This document shows, piece by piece, positions 26,826 through 36,532 of a stretch of 39,429 nucleotides of DNA. The notes under the pieces are model-generated. The model saw only the letters and a list, made by a program, of their open reading frames with translations. It did not search any database and had not been told where the DNA came from. This DNA is from Candidatus Thorarchaeota archaeon. Its GTDB lineage: Archaea > Asgardarchaeota > Thorarchaeia > Thorarchaeales > Thorarchaeaceae. How positions within the stretch are numbered: the stretch's first letter is position 1; the number at the start of each line of letters is the position of its first letter. The position numbers and the translations under genes were made by a program. Location: positions 1 through 39,429 of the forward strand of contig JBHIAE010000026.1 of NCBI GenBank assembly GCA_046758445.1, in the 5' to 3' direction.

Positions 26826-28040
26826 ATGCCTAGAAGAGTCCATGATGTAGCCATAGTTGGAGGAGGTCCAACAGGCCTGATCACTGCACATGACATAGCA
26901 GAACAAGGCCACGATGTAGTTGTGCTGGAAGAACATCCCACAGTAGGAGAGCCCGATCACTGTGCCGGGCTTCTCAGTGTGTCAGGACTCGCCTCACTGG
27001 GGCTTCGGCCGCCGAGGGAAGTCATTCAGAATCGCGTATCAGGAGCTAGGATCTATTCACCATCAGGGCATTCTGTTCTTGTTGAAAGGGGAAGGCGCGA
27101 GGCACAAGTCATAGACAGAACAAGATTCGATAGATGGCTGGCAGAGAGAGCCATAGACGCAGGGGCCTCCGTTCTCACAGGAACGAAGGCAATGGGAATC
27201 AATTGTCCTGAGGGGGAAATCTGTTCTGTGATCTTGCAGAAGGGTGATGAGGACCATGCACTAGACTCGCAGATTGTTGTCGATGCAGAGGGCACTCGAT
27301 GTCAGTTGTCAAAGGCTGTCGGACTACCAACCGTCCCGAGAGGCAGTAAATACCCCGCATATCAGTATGAATTGAGTGGAGTGGATATGGACGAGGACAT
27401 AGTCGAGATGTACTACGGACGACGCACTGCCCCGGGGTTCTTCGCATGGATCATTCCACTAGGCGGGAAGAGAGCAAGAGTGGGACTTGCGGCAAGAGAT
27501 CGTGCAAAGGTGAGACTTGAGGCCGCAATGCGATATCATCCTGTCATGAATAGGAGGCTGAAACATGCCTCTGTCGAACGCGGATTTGGAGGGGTCGTAC
27601 TATCCGGACTGCCTATCAAGAGGACCGTCAAAGGCAGGTTTCTGGTAGTAGGAGATGCAGGCGGGATTGTGAAGCCAACCACGGGAGGAGGAGTCATCAT
27701 GGGAGGTACTGCCGCGAGAGTCGCGGGTAGAGTGATTTCCAATGCTCTAAGCAGGGAGAATCTAAAAGATACGGACATCCAGCTGTACGAATCGGGTTGG
27801 AGATCTCTGCTTCTACGAGAACTGCGTGCAATGTACTTCACTCAAAGGGTGATTTCCAGCCTTTCTGACAGAGGCCTTGACACTCTCATCAAGGACGCCG
27901 AGCAATTCGACCTCGTCGAAACTGTAAGGAGAGAGGGCGATATGGACTTACAGAGACGAGTGATACTCCGCCTCCTCGTCAACCCATTCACAATTCTGGC
28001 AGGACTCAGGGCAGTTAGATACCTCAGCCCTCTGTTCTAG
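26826..28040 (+). CDS. Geranylgeranyl reductase family FAD-dependent oxidoreductase
   Basis: VAIVGGGPTG, HCAG, IDRTRFD, GFFAWIIP, VGDAGGIVKPTTGGG. Confidence 0.92.
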   Translation: MPRRVHDVAIVGGGPTGLITAHDIAEQGHDVVVLEEHPTVGEPDHCAGLLSVSGLASLGLRPPREVIQNRVSGARIYSPSGHSVLVERGRREAQVIDRTRFDRWLAERAIDAGASVLTGTKAMGINCPEGEICSVILQKGDEDHALDSQIVVDAEGTRCQLSKAVGLPTVPRGSKYPAYQYELSGVDMDEDIVEMYYGRRTAPGFFAWIIPLGGKRARVGLAARDRAKVRLEAAMRYHPVMNRRLKHASVERGFGGVVLSGLPIKRTVKGRFLVVGDAGGIVKPTTGGGVIMGGTAARVAGRVISNALSRENLKDTDIQLYESGWRSLLLRELRAMYFTQRVISSLSDRGLDTLIKDAEQFDLVETVRREGDMDLQRRVILRLLVNPFTILAGLRAVRYLSPLF

Positions 28041-28090
28041 GCACATCTTTATGAGCGCAGTTCTTCTCGACTGACTGACAGAGGTCCAAT

Positions 28091-29461
28091 TTGATGGGTA
28101 GCAATGATGAGAACTACATTCTAGGCACAGCCAGGAAAGTGCTGGAAACGCAGCCAATGTGCGATCGGTGTCTGGGCCGACAATTCGCATGGCTCAGCAC
28201 TGACACCTCAAACGAAGAGAGAGGGCGCTCAATCAAGTTGACTCTATCGATGAAGGCTCACAATGAAATAAAGGAAGGTAAGAAGGAAAACGGAACACAA
28301 CTCATAGCCCTCTTGGCTGGCAACGGGATGTTCGGACCAGCGCAGACTCTTGCGAAGAGAGCCTCAATTGATTTTCCCGTTGAGAAATCCTGCTACTTGT
28401 GTTCAGTGGACAACGGCTCGTTGTTCAATAGGTTGGACAATATCGCGGAAGAGGCAGTTGCTGCTGTAGAAGGCATTGAATTCGATTCATTCTTGGTGGG
28501 AAGTGTTCCGACGCCTAAGTTCTCTGAGCGTGAAGACGAGATTAGGAGCGCACTGAAGATACTACACGGTGAAACACTGAAGGCCGATTTCAACAGAGAG
28601 CTGGGAAAGCGGCTGCAGAGCCTCTTTGACAAGCCTGTCGAATTCGATAATCCCGACATTGTGATTATACATGACATGGTCGAAAACAGGATCAAGGTGA
28701 GGGTCAATCCCCTATTCATCTCCGGGAGATACAGGAAACTGTTGCGAGGAGTCCCTCAGAGTCGTTGGGACTGTAGATCTTGTAAAGGAAAGGGTTGTGA
28801 AGAGTGCGGTGGCACTGGAAGGAAGTATCCCGATTCCATATCAGAGTACGTAGGCATTCCGGCCCAAGATGTGACTGGTGGTACAAAGTTCAAGTTTCAT
28901 GCAGCAGGGAGGGAAGACATCGATGTTCTGATGCTGGGAACGGGTCGACCCTTTGTTGTAGAGGTTTCGGAGCCAAAGATACGAAACCCTGATCTCAAGA
29001 AGCTCGCAAAGCGTATCAGAAAAGACTCAGGGAAGAAGCTGGAGGTTCTTGAATTGGGGCTGTCCAATAGGAAGAGAGCCCAGGCACTGAAGGATGAAGC
29101 ATCCGAGAATGTGAAAGATTATGGAGCAATTATCAGAACCCAAGAGGAAGTCACGACAGAAGACCTCAGGCGAGTGTGCGAAGAGTTCGAAAACGTGGAA
29201 ATCAATCAGAGAACTCCAAAACGTGTTGCACACCGGAGAAGCGACCTAGTAAGAACAAAGCGAATCATAGAGATACGGCTTGAGAAGAAGAGTAGTCACA
29301 CTCTGAAGGGCTTCCTCAAAGTCCAAGGCGGGACCTACGTCAAGGAACTAGTTTCTGGAGACGACGGCCGAACCACACCATCATTGTCTGAAAGACTTGG
29401 CACAGCCTGCGAGTGCCTTGAACTCGATGTTTTGGAGATTCACGACGGAAACAGACCATAA
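28091..29461 (+). CDS. pus10: tRNA pseudouridine(54/55) synthase Pus10
   Basis: CDRCLGRQF, GRYRK, AGREDIDV, QRTPKRV, GGTYVKE. Confidence 0.97.
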   Translation: MMGSNDENYILGTARKVLETQPMCDRCLGRQFAWLSTDTSNEERGRSIKLTLSMKAHNEIKEGKKENGTQLIALLAGNGMFGPAQTLAKRASIDFPVEKSCYLCSVDNGSLFNRLDNIAEEAVAAVEGIEFDSFLVGSVPTPKFSEREDEIRSALKILHGETLKADFNRELGKRLQSLFDKPVEFDNPDIVIIHDMVENRIKVRVNPLFISGRYRKLLRGVPQSRWDCRSCKGKGCEECGGTGRKYPDSISEYVGIPAQDVTGGTKFKFHAAGREDIDVLMLGTGRPFVVEVSEPKIRNPDLKKLAKRIRKDSGKKLEVLELGLSNRKRAQALKDEASENVKDYGAIIRTQEEVTTEDLRRVCEEFENVEINQRTPKRVAHRRSDLVRTKRIIEIRLEKKSSHTLKGFLKVQGGTYVKELVSGDDGRTTPSLSERLGTACECLELDVLEIHDGNRP

Positions 29462-29554
29462 TCCTTAAGTGGCGACCCTAGAGGGGATGCTGGACCTCGG
29501 GTACCCAGTAGGCTTTAGGTAGGTCGAGGTACAAGTGTCAATAGATGATGCCCT

Positions 29555-29851
29555 ATGGTTAAGAAGAGTCATGGTTACCGTGCCCGGACGCGTAGTCTGA
29601 TGAGGAAGAAGGTGCGGCAACGTGGGATGAGCTCTCTTAGTAGGGTCCTCGTTGACTATGAGGTGGGCCAACGAGTAGATATTGTCATTGATTCCAGTGT
29701 ACACAAGGGTATGCCACACCGGCGATACCATGGTAGAACTGGAGTAGTGACTGGAAAGAGAGGTCGGGGGGTCGTAATCGATGTCAAATTGGGCAAGGCT
29801 TCCAAGACGATAATTGTGAGACCCGACCACCTGAAACCAAGCAGAGGCTGA
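29555..29851 (+). CDS. rpl21e: 50S ribosomal protein eL21
   Basis: SHGYRARTR, HKGMPHRRYHGRTG, RPDHL. Confidence 0.98.
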   Translation: MVKKSHGYRARTRSLMRKKVRQRGMSSLSRVLVDYEVGQRVDIVIDSSVHKGMPHRRYHGRTGVVTGKRGRGVVIDVKLGKASKTIIVRPDHLKPSRG

Positions 29852-29859
29852 ACAAGAAG

Positions 29860-30195
29860 ATGCCGAAAGAGGTAATCAGTGAGGAGGAAACTACTCTTCC
29901 TAGAGTGAAGAAGCTGCTCTCCCAAAGAGCTAAGGATGGAGAGTTGTCATTCCAGCAGAATATCACTCTGGAACATGCCTCGGCATTCTCAAAGATGGCA
30001 CCAGCGGCTGCTGACAAACTTGTAGAACGCCTGATCAAAAACTTCGGCATCTCAAGAGCTCAGGCTGTGCAGGTTGTAAACATCGCTCCCACCACTGTGG
30101 AGGAGCTGAGAACCATTCTTGACGCTCGATCTACGAGCGTTACCGATGAACAGATTCTCGAAATTGCTGAAATTGTCAAGAAGGCAACCTCGTGA
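29860..30195 (+). CDS. rpoF: RNA polymerase subunit Rpo4 (F)
   Basis: ELSFQQ..TLEHA..FSK and VNIAPTTVEELRTIL; conserved rpl21e-rpoF-DUF655-ksgA order. Confidence 0.93.
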   Translation: MPKEVISEEETTLPRVKKLLSQRAKDGELSFQQNITLEHASAFSKMAPAAADKLVERLIKNFGISRAQAVQVVNIAPTTVEELRTILDARSTSVTDEQILEIAEIVKKATS

Positions 30196-30294
30196 GGTTG
30201 CGCGTCGCAACGCTTCACGCTGAAGTAACACTTTTTATCCATTCCCACACATCTCATGTGTGCTGCGGTCCCAGAGTGTATGGAGAGAACCAAG

Positions 30295-30891
30295 ATGGAA
30301 GGACACCAAGACAGAATGTACGAAACACATGCATATGTCCTGGCAGTCATTCCTCCGAAGGTATACCTCCGTGACTCAAGACCTCGGGGTGAAACCGTCG
30401 TTCAAGGTATAGGTGAATCATTCTTTACACTCCTTGAGATGATACCTCAACGTGGTGCAAAGCCACACCCCCAGGAACGTCTATCCATCGATAGAAATAC
30501 GAGAAGCAAGATAGACCATGTGAAGAAACGCATCTTCTATGAAGACTTAGCACCTGAAAGTGCCGCAGAGCTCCCTCTGGTCGTTGAGATTGTTGTTACG
30601 AAGCACGAACACAAGTTTGTCCAGTTCTTCAATGAGGCGGCTCCGATAACTACTCGTCAGCATTCATTGCAGCTACTCCCAGGAATCGGCCAGACGTTGA
30701 TGTGGGCTCTCCTTGAGGAAAGAAAGAAGGAGCCGTTCAAGAGTTTCGAAGACATAGCAGCACGTACAAAGTTGCAGAACCCAAAGAAAGTGATAACTGC
30801 AAGGATAATCGATGAACTGAGGGAAGATGTCAAACGTTGGCTGTTTGTCAGACCGCCAAGGCGAAATGATGAGAAGGAACGGTCCAGGTGA
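30295..30891 (+). CDS. DUF655 domain putative RNA-binding protein
   Basis: QGIGESFFTLLE, FFNEAAPITTRQHSLQLLPGIG, FKSFEDI; start set to ATG 30295 after GGAGAG (track start 30256). Confidence 0.92.
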   Translation: MEGHQDRMYETHAYVLAVIPPKVYLRDSRPRGETVVQGIGESFFTLLEMIPQRGAKPHPQERLSIDRNTRSKIDHVKKRIFYEDLAPESAAELPLVVEIVVTKHEHKFVQFFNEAAPITTRQHSLQLLPGIGQTLMWALLEERKKEPFKSFEDIAARTKLQNPKKVITARIIDELREDVKRWLFVRPPRRNDEKERSR

Positions 30892-31766
30892 GATCCCTGA
30901 CCGCCGAACGCATTCGCTACATGCTCCAGAAATACTCGGTCACGCCAGACAGGAAATTAGGTCAGAGCTTTCTGGCAGACCCAAGCACAGCTAGGGAGAT
31001 AGTTGAGACGTCCAAACTGGACAGGAAGACATCGGTGCTAGAAATCGGCGGTGGTCTCGGAGTGTTGTCTGAGATGATTGCCCGAGTATCGAAGAGGGTT
31101 CATGTGATAGAGGTTGACCCCGGGCTGGTCAGGGCTCTGAGAGATGTCCTCGATGAGTATGACAACGTTGAGATAATACATGGAAACGCGTTGGATGTTG
31201 ACTTGCCCCAAGTTGATAGGATTGTTTCAAACCTGCCCTACAGTATATCCTCCCCTATCACTTTCAGACTATTGAATGAAATGGACTTCGAATTTGCCGT
31301 ACTCATGTATCAGAGTGAGTTTGCTGAGCGGCTCTTGGCAGAACCTGGTAGCCAAAACTATTCCAGACTATCAGTTGGCATTCAGTATCTGGCACGTGTT
31401 GTTGAAGTGTTGCACGTTCCTGCTGAGAGCTTCTATCCCATTCCTGCCGTGGACTCGAAGGTGGTGAGAATCGAACCTCGCACCGACGGCACTTTTGCTC
31501 AGGAGAAGGAGGTGTTCTTCTGGGTGGTCCACGGGATATACTCCTATCCCAACAAACAAGTCAGGAAAGCCTTGGGGATTTGGTTCAAGAACCTAGGTCA
31601 CGATAAGGACTTGGCGGACGAAGTGATTAGGCGTTCATCAGACACTTTGAGTGGAACGGACCGACTTAGAAACTTGGACCAAGTGGCCATCGTTCGAGTC
31701 GCGGACACTGTCTACGATTTGATTAAGGACGGAACATTGGCGGACCCAAGAGGTTTGTCAGAATGA
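30888..31766 (+). CDS. rsmA: 16S rRNA adenine dimethyltransferase KsgA/Dim1
   Basis: KLGQSFL, LEIGGGLG, SNLPYSIS, YSRLSV, P.VDS. Confidence 0.96.
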   Translation: MRSLTAERIRYMLQKYSVTPDRKLGQSFLADPSTAREIVETSKLDRKTSVLEIGGGLGVLSEMIARVSKRVHVIEVDPGLVRALRDVLDEYDNVEIIHGNALDVDLPQVDRIVSNLPYSISSPITFRLLNEMDFEFAVLMYQSEFAERLLAEPGSQNYSRLSVGIQYLARVVEVLHVPAESFYPIPAVDSKVVRIEPRTDGTFAQEKEVFFWVVHGIYSYPNKQVRKALGIWFKNLGHDKDLADEVIRRSSDTLSGTDRLRNLDQVAIVRVADTVYDLIKDGTLADPRGLSE

Positions 31767-32347
31767 TGCTCGATGATGTCGACGTCATCGTTGACTCGGG
31801 CGTGTACCCGCCCTCAGAAGACACTTACCTGCTTCTGGAGACCATCAGGCTGAAGGGTTCAGACAGCTTCCTAGAGATAGGATGCGGAACTGGAATCATC
31901 TCGGTGGCAGCGGCCAAAAGGGTGAAACAAGTGATAGCTGTGGACGTTTCTTTGGACGCTGTCAGAAACACCTTGAAGAACCTAGAGCAAAACTCGCTAG
32001 TTCATCGATGCGAGATTCTGCAATCGGATCTGCTGACATCCATCAGTTCGGAGGCCAAGTTCTCTGTGATTGCCTTCAACCCGCCTTACTTGCAGAGGGA
32101 TGAAGACACGACACAGCTGGACCATGCGCTTGTAGGAGGAGAAGCAGGCACAGAGTTGACGGAGAGATTCCTCTGCCAGGCGTGTGAGCATCTTGAGAGT
32201 AAAGGATCCATATACGTAGGTGTATCCACACTTGGAAACATCGACAAGGTTGTTGGTATGATGAAAGAGATTGGCCTGTCTGTCGAAAGACTAGCGAGTA
32301 AATCGTTGTTCTTCGAATCAATACAGATATTGCGGGGAACCGGCTAG
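31763..32347 (+). CDS. HemK2/Mtq2 family release factor glutamine methyltransferase
   Basis: VYPPSEDTYLL, LEIGCGTG, FNPPY. Confidence 0.93.
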   Translation: MMLDDVDVIVDSGVYPPSEDTYLLLETIRLKGSDSFLEIGCGTGIISVAAAKRVKQVIAVDVSLDAVRNTLKNLEQNSLVHRCEILQSDLLTSISSEAKFSVIAFNPPYLQRDEDTTQLDHALVGGEAGTELTERFLCQACEHLESKGSIYVGVSTLGNIDKVVGMMKEIGLSVERLASKSLFFESIQILRGTG

Positions 32348-32365
32348 GGGACTACACACAAACCA

Positions 32366-32375
32366 TTTTATTAAA
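32366..32375 (+). promoter_or_regulatory. Probable TATA box for the FKBP gene
   Basis: TTTTATTAAA about 40 nt upstream of the ATG. Confidence 0.5.
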
Positions 32376-32413
32376 GCCCCATTCAGAAACGAAGTAATCC
32401 AGAGGGAATATGC

Positions 32414-33229
32414 ATGTCTAAGAAGAAGGCCAAGAAGACGACTGTTAAGAAGAAGCCCAAAAAGACAGCGGCCAAGACAACAAAGAAAAAGACGACCAAG
32501 AAGAAGCTGGAGAACGTCGTCAAAGAAGGCAGCCTAATCTATGTAGACTATATCGCAAAGACGAAAGATGATGGCAGAATCTTCGACCTGACGCTGGAAG
32601 AGGTTGCAAAGGAAGAGGGGCTTTACAAAGAGGATGACCGTTACGAGCCCATCCTGGTTGCAGTCGGCTCAAACTGGCTCCTTGAAACAATTGAGGATGA
32701 GCTGGTTGGTATGAAGGTTGGGGAGTCGAGGACAGTGGAGGTTCCACCCGAGAAAGGAGCCGGCACCCGCGACGACTCTCTGGTGAAGATGATAGCACGC
32801 GCGAAACTTGAGAAGCTGGGTGTCCGGATAGTCAAAGGAGAGAGAATCGAGTTCGGAAAGGAACGTGGAGTTATCACTGCCATACTGCCACGAAAGGTCC
32901 GAGTGGACTTCAACCCACCACTTGCAGGGAAGACCCTTCTCTTCGATGTCATAGTCAAGGGGATAGTGAGTGACCCGAAGGACAAGATACTGGCCGTCCT
33001 CAAAAGACGAATACCTGCTCTGCCAGATGACAAATACGAGGTTTCTATCAAGGCCAAGACCATCAAGATTGAGTTCCCAAAAGAGTCGAGGTACATTCAG
33101 GACTTCCAATATGCAGAGATTGGAATCGCAATGGATTCGCTCAAGGTAATCGACTCAGCGGAGAAGGTCGAGATGCTCGTCACATACGAGCGGCCTGAGC
33201 GTCAAGCCACAGCTGAAACTGGTGAGTAG
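32414..33229 (+). CDS. Long-type archaeal FKBP peptidyl-prolyl isomerase (IF domain) with Lys-rich N-terminal tail
   Basis: VDY...FD.T.EEVAKEEG, VPPEKG.G.RD, VDFNPPLAGKTL. Confidence 0.92.
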   Translation: MSKKKAKKTTVKKKPKKTAAKTTKKKTTKKKLENVVKEGSLIYVDYIAKTKDDGRIFDLTLEEVAKEEGLYKEDDRYEPILVAVGSNWLLETIEDELVGMKVGESRTVEVPPEKGAGTRDDSLVKMIARAKLEKLGVRIVKGERIEFGKERGVITAILPRKVRVDFNPPLAGKTLLFDVIVKGIVSDPKDKILAVLKRRIPALPDDKYEVSIKAKTIKIEFPKESRYIQDFQYAEIGIAMDSLKVIDSAEKVEMLVTYERPERQATAETGE

Positions 33230-33254
33230 TCAGGTTTGACACCACAAAGAAATG

Positions 33255-33262
33255 TTTTAATA
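33255..33262 (+). promoter_or_regulatory. Probable TATA box for psmB-aCPSF1
   Basis: TTTTAATA preceded by AAAGAAA (BRE-like). Confidence 0.5.
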
Positions 33263-33324
33263 CGGAACTCAAGACGTCGAGCCTGTCACTAGTTCTCCTG
33301 TTCTATCTGTTAACAGGGAGTTTA

Positions 33325-33966
33325 TTGAACATGGAACATCCAACACAGTCACCGACTGAACTAAAAACTGGAACAACGACTCTAGGACTAATCGCAAAGG
33401 ATTGTGCCGTCTTAGCCAGCGACCAGAGAGCCACTATGGGGACTCTTATTGCTAGCAAGACCGCTCAGAAAATCTACAAGATCACTGACCGAATTGGCGC
33501 TACCATAGCTGGATCCGTTGCGGATGCACAGTCAATCATGGACATCTTAAGAGCAGAATCCAAACTGTTTGAGATCCAGCGAGGCCGGTCCATGAGAGTC
33601 AAAGCCTTGACGCGTCTTCTGAGCAATATCATGTTCCAAGGTCGTGGGCTGTACATGCTACAATGTGTCGTAGGAGGCCTCGATGATGATGGTCCGCAGA
33701 TCTATTACAACGATTTCATTGGCTCCGTACTTTCAGACAAGTACGTAGCTACCGGATCGGGTTCACCTGTGGCGCTAGGCGTTCTTGAGGCGGACTATGC
33801 TGATGACCTCCCAAAACAGAAAGCAATAGAGTTGGCAGTGCGTGCAATCGCCTCAGCAATTGAGAGAGATGCTGCCACCGGTAACTCAATTCTTGTCAGC
33901 ATCATTGACAAGGATGGCTATCAGGAAGTACCGAAGGAAAAGGTCCTGAAGATTTGGAAGAAGTAG
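33325..33966 (+). CDS. psmB: Proteasome beta subunit
   Basis: Short propeptide then KTG/TTT, ASDQRAT, AGSVADAQ, ATGSGS, RDAATG; start TTG 33325 or ATG 33331. Confidence 0.97.
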   Translation: MNMEHPTQSPTELKTGTTTLGLIAKDCAVLASDQRATMGTLIASKTAQKIYKITDRIGATIAGSVADAQSIMDILRAESKLFEIQRGRSMRVKALTRLLSNIMFQGRGLYMLQCVVGGLDDDGPQIYYNDFIGSVLSDKYVATGSGSPVALGVLEADYADDLPKQKAIELAVRAIASAIERDAATGNSILVSIIDKDGYQEVPKEKVLKIWKK

Positions 33967-34091
33967 TGACAGGTGTCGTGAGCTCGCCACAAGCGAGCAA
34001 CACTGACAAATCAGTTTCCTCTTTCGGGCTCATCGTACCATGAGAGCCCGGGGAGGGTTTGAAGGGCCAACGGCCAATGAAGTGACATTAG

Positions 34092-36005
34092 ATGACTTCT
34101 GCGAAAAGCACAGAACATGTTGACATCCGAGATACTGTCAAGAAGGCACTGCCGCGCTCGGCAGCTGTCACGTCAGTCGAGTATGAGGGGCCTGAGATAG
34201 CCATCTATTCCAAGGCACCAAAGATACTCCTAGACGATGGCGACAAAATCAAGGCCTTGGCTAGAAAGATGAGAAAGCGGATTGTTGTCAGATCCGCACC
34301 AGAAGTGAGGCTATCCCTTGAAGATGCTGAGAAGACTGTACGAGAACTCGTACCAAGCGATGCAGAGATAACTTCAATCGACTTCGATGTGTCCAGGGGA
34401 GAAGTCATCATCGAGGCACAGAAGCCAGGTCTGGTAATTGGAAGGAGTGGTACAACACTCAGGGAGATTACAAGACAGACCTTCTGGCGGCCAAGTGTAA
34501 TGAGAACGCCGCCAATTGAGAGCAAGCTCATAAAGCAAATACGATATATCGTTCAGTCAGAGGCCGCATATCGTAACAGGGTGTTTCGTGACATTGGCAG
34601 AAGAATACATCGCAGTACTCTGTTGAACAACGGCTGGATTAGGCTCACGGCCTTGGGTGGTTTCAGGGAGGTTGGCCGGCAAGCAATGTTCCTGCAGACC
34701 TCCGAGAGCAATATACTGATTGAGTGTGGCGTGAATGTAGGCACACCAACAAAGGCATTTCCGCGTCTTGACATGCCGGAATTCAACATCAATGAACTCG
34801 ATGCTGTGATTACCACACACGCGCACCTCGACCACTGCGGAATGGTTCCCTTCCTGTTCAAGTACGGCTATAGAGGCCCCGTCTACATGACAGCACCAAC
34901 GCTGAACCTTGCAACACTTCTCCAGCTTGACTACCTGGACGTGGCAGAGAGAGAAGGCAAGCTCAGACCTTATCGCGATAGGGACGTGAAGGAGTCGATT
35001 CTCCACACAGTGGCTTTGAACTACGGCGAAGTCACGGACATCGCCCCCGACGTACGACTCACGCTACACAATGCTGGTCACATTCTCGGATCAGCAATCG
35101 TTCACCTTCATATCGGTGATGGACAGTATAATCTTGCGTACACTGGTGACTTCAAGTTCGGAAGAACGAGGCTTCTTGAGCCTGCGACCTTCACTTTCCC
35201 GCGTCTTGAAACCCTCATTGTTGAAAGCACCTACGGTCACCCAACGGACAAGATGCCACCACGGCAGGAGGTGGAACGGAGATTCGCCTCGGCAATCAGA
35301 AGGACAATTGAACGTGGCGGCAAGATTCTCATCCCAGTCCTTGCTGTGGGTCGGGCTCAGGAGATTATGCTCGTTCTAGAAGACCTAGTGACGAAGAACC
35401 GGATTCCAAGGATACCAATCTACATTGAAGGAATGATTGCTCAAGCTACTGCGATACACACAACGCATCCGGAAGCACTCAGTAAGAAGATTCGTGAGAT
35501 GATATTCCACCAAGGAGTGAATCCCTTCCTGAACGAGATATTCGTGCAGGTGGACAGTCCAGAACAGCGTGAAGAGATAATAGAAGGAGAGCCATGTGTC
35601 ATTATGGCAACCTCGGGCATGTTGGCAGGTGGACCAAGCGTTGAGTACTTCAGACTTCTCGCCCCCGATGAGAAGAACACACTCTGTTTCGTGAGCTACC
35701 AGGGTGAGGGTACATTAGGACGTCGGATTCAGAAGGGTTGGAAAGAGGTCCAGATGCGGAATCGGGAGGGCAAGGTCGGTGTGGTCCCGGTCAACATGCA
35801 GGTTCAGACAGTAGAAGGATTCTCAGGCCACTCTGACAGAAAACAGATTCTGAACTTCGTCAAACGCGTAAACCCAGCACCAGAGCGAGTCTTGACGTGC
35901 CATGGAGAGGCCACAAAATGCTTGAATCTCGCATCCACGATTCACAAGGCCTTGAACATAGACACAAGGGCCATGACAGTCACTGAAAGCATAAAGCTCC
36001 GGTAG
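34092..36005 (+). CDS. fttA: Beta-CASP ribonuclease aCPSF1 / transcription termination factor FttA
   Basis: N-terminal KH domains (EGPEIAIY, KPGLVIGRSG), LGGFREVGR, THAHLDHCG, GFSGHSD, CHGE; adjacent to psmB as is usual in archaea. Confidence 0.97.
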   Translation: MTSAKSTEHVDIRDTVKKALPRSAAVTSVEYEGPEIAIYSKAPKILLDDGDKIKALARKMRKRIVVRSAPEVRLSLEDAEKTVRELVPSDAEITSIDFDVSRGEVIIEAQKPGLVIGRSGTTLREITRQTFWRPSVMRTPPIESKLIKQIRYIVQSEAAYRNRVFRDIGRRIHRSTLLNNGWIRLTALGGFREVGRQAMFLQTSESNILIECGVNVGTPTKAFPRLDMPEFNINELDAVITTHAHLDHCGMVPFLFKYGYRGPVYMTAPTLNLATLLQLDYLDVAEREGKLRPYRDRDVKESILHTVALNYGEVTDIAPDVRLTLHNAGHILGSAIVHLHIGDGQYNLAYTGDFKFGRTRLLEPATFTFPRLETLIVESTYGHPTDKMPPRQEVERRFASAIRRTIERGGKILIPVLAVGRAQEIMLVLEDLVTKNRIPRIPIYIEGMIAQATAIHTTHPEALSKKIREMIFHQGVNPFLNEIFVQVDSPEQREEIIEGEPCVIMATSGMLAGGPSVEYFRLLAPDEKNTLCFVSYQGEGTLGRRIQKGWKEVQMRNREGKVGVVPVNMQVQTVEGFSGHSDRKQILNFVKRVNPAPERVLTCHGEATKCLNLASTIHKALNIDTRAMTVTESIKLR

Positions 36006-36020
36006 GCCAGGAAGTCCACC

Positions 36021-36422
36021 TCATAGTCGCACAAATGAGGGGGCTACAATCACACAGTCATCGTTGACTAGTGCTATATCTGCCTGGTAACTGCGCGTTT
36101 CTCCCCGGATCCTTTCGATGATGCGTTTCAACTCTAGATGCGTCTGTTCCTTTCCGTCATTGAGTCGAGATATGTCTAGTAGGACGATGTTCCCCTCTCG
36201 AATCTGATTGACAACATAGGGAACGTCCTCGAGAGTTTCCAATCGTTTCGATCTCACGAATATGGCTTCTAGCTCCTCCAGTCTTCTGAGCTCACGTGTA
36301 GGGCTAGGTTTCACCGCGTCAACAGCAGGCGAGAAGATTCCAAGGCCTGAATACTTGTGTACAGCTTCTGACTTGGACGCAGAATCGTCATCCTTGCCGA
36401 AGAGTCGGGATAGGAATTTCAA
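36021..36422 (-). CDS. sepF: SepF family cell division protein
   Basis: Amphipathic N-terminus MKFLSRLFGK; IREGNIVLLDI, ELKRIIERI, DIALV...VIVAPS; GGGTGA SD before TTG. Confidence 0.88.
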   Translation of the reverse strand: MKFLSRLFGKDDDSASKSEAVHKYSGLGIFSPAVDAVKPSPTRELRRLEELEAIFVRSKRLETLEDVPYVVNQIREGNIVLLDISRLNDGKEQTHLELKRIIERIRGETRSYQADIALVNDDCVIVAPSFVRL

Positions 36423-36502
36423 CCAGATTCACCCTAGTTTGACCCTGCTGTAAATACTAAGAAAAGACCGAGTATTATCAAATGGGAGTAACTGTGGGGA
36501 AC

Positions 36503-36509
36503 TTTTATA
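36503..36509 (+). promoter_or_regulatory. Probable TATA box for the wHTH-helicase gene
   Basis: TTTTATA 24 nt upstream of ATG 36533; lies inside the track ORF, so the true start is probably downstream. Confidence 0.5.
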
Positions 36510-36532
36510 CCGGCTCTCGGCATCGACGAGTG

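Noticed and set aside
29462-29554. SRP RNA between pus10 and rpl21e (a location I recall from some archaea)
   Set aside because: Gap is only 93 bp, far shorter than the ~300-nt archaeal SRP RNA; only a modest ACCTCG/CGAGGT stem is present
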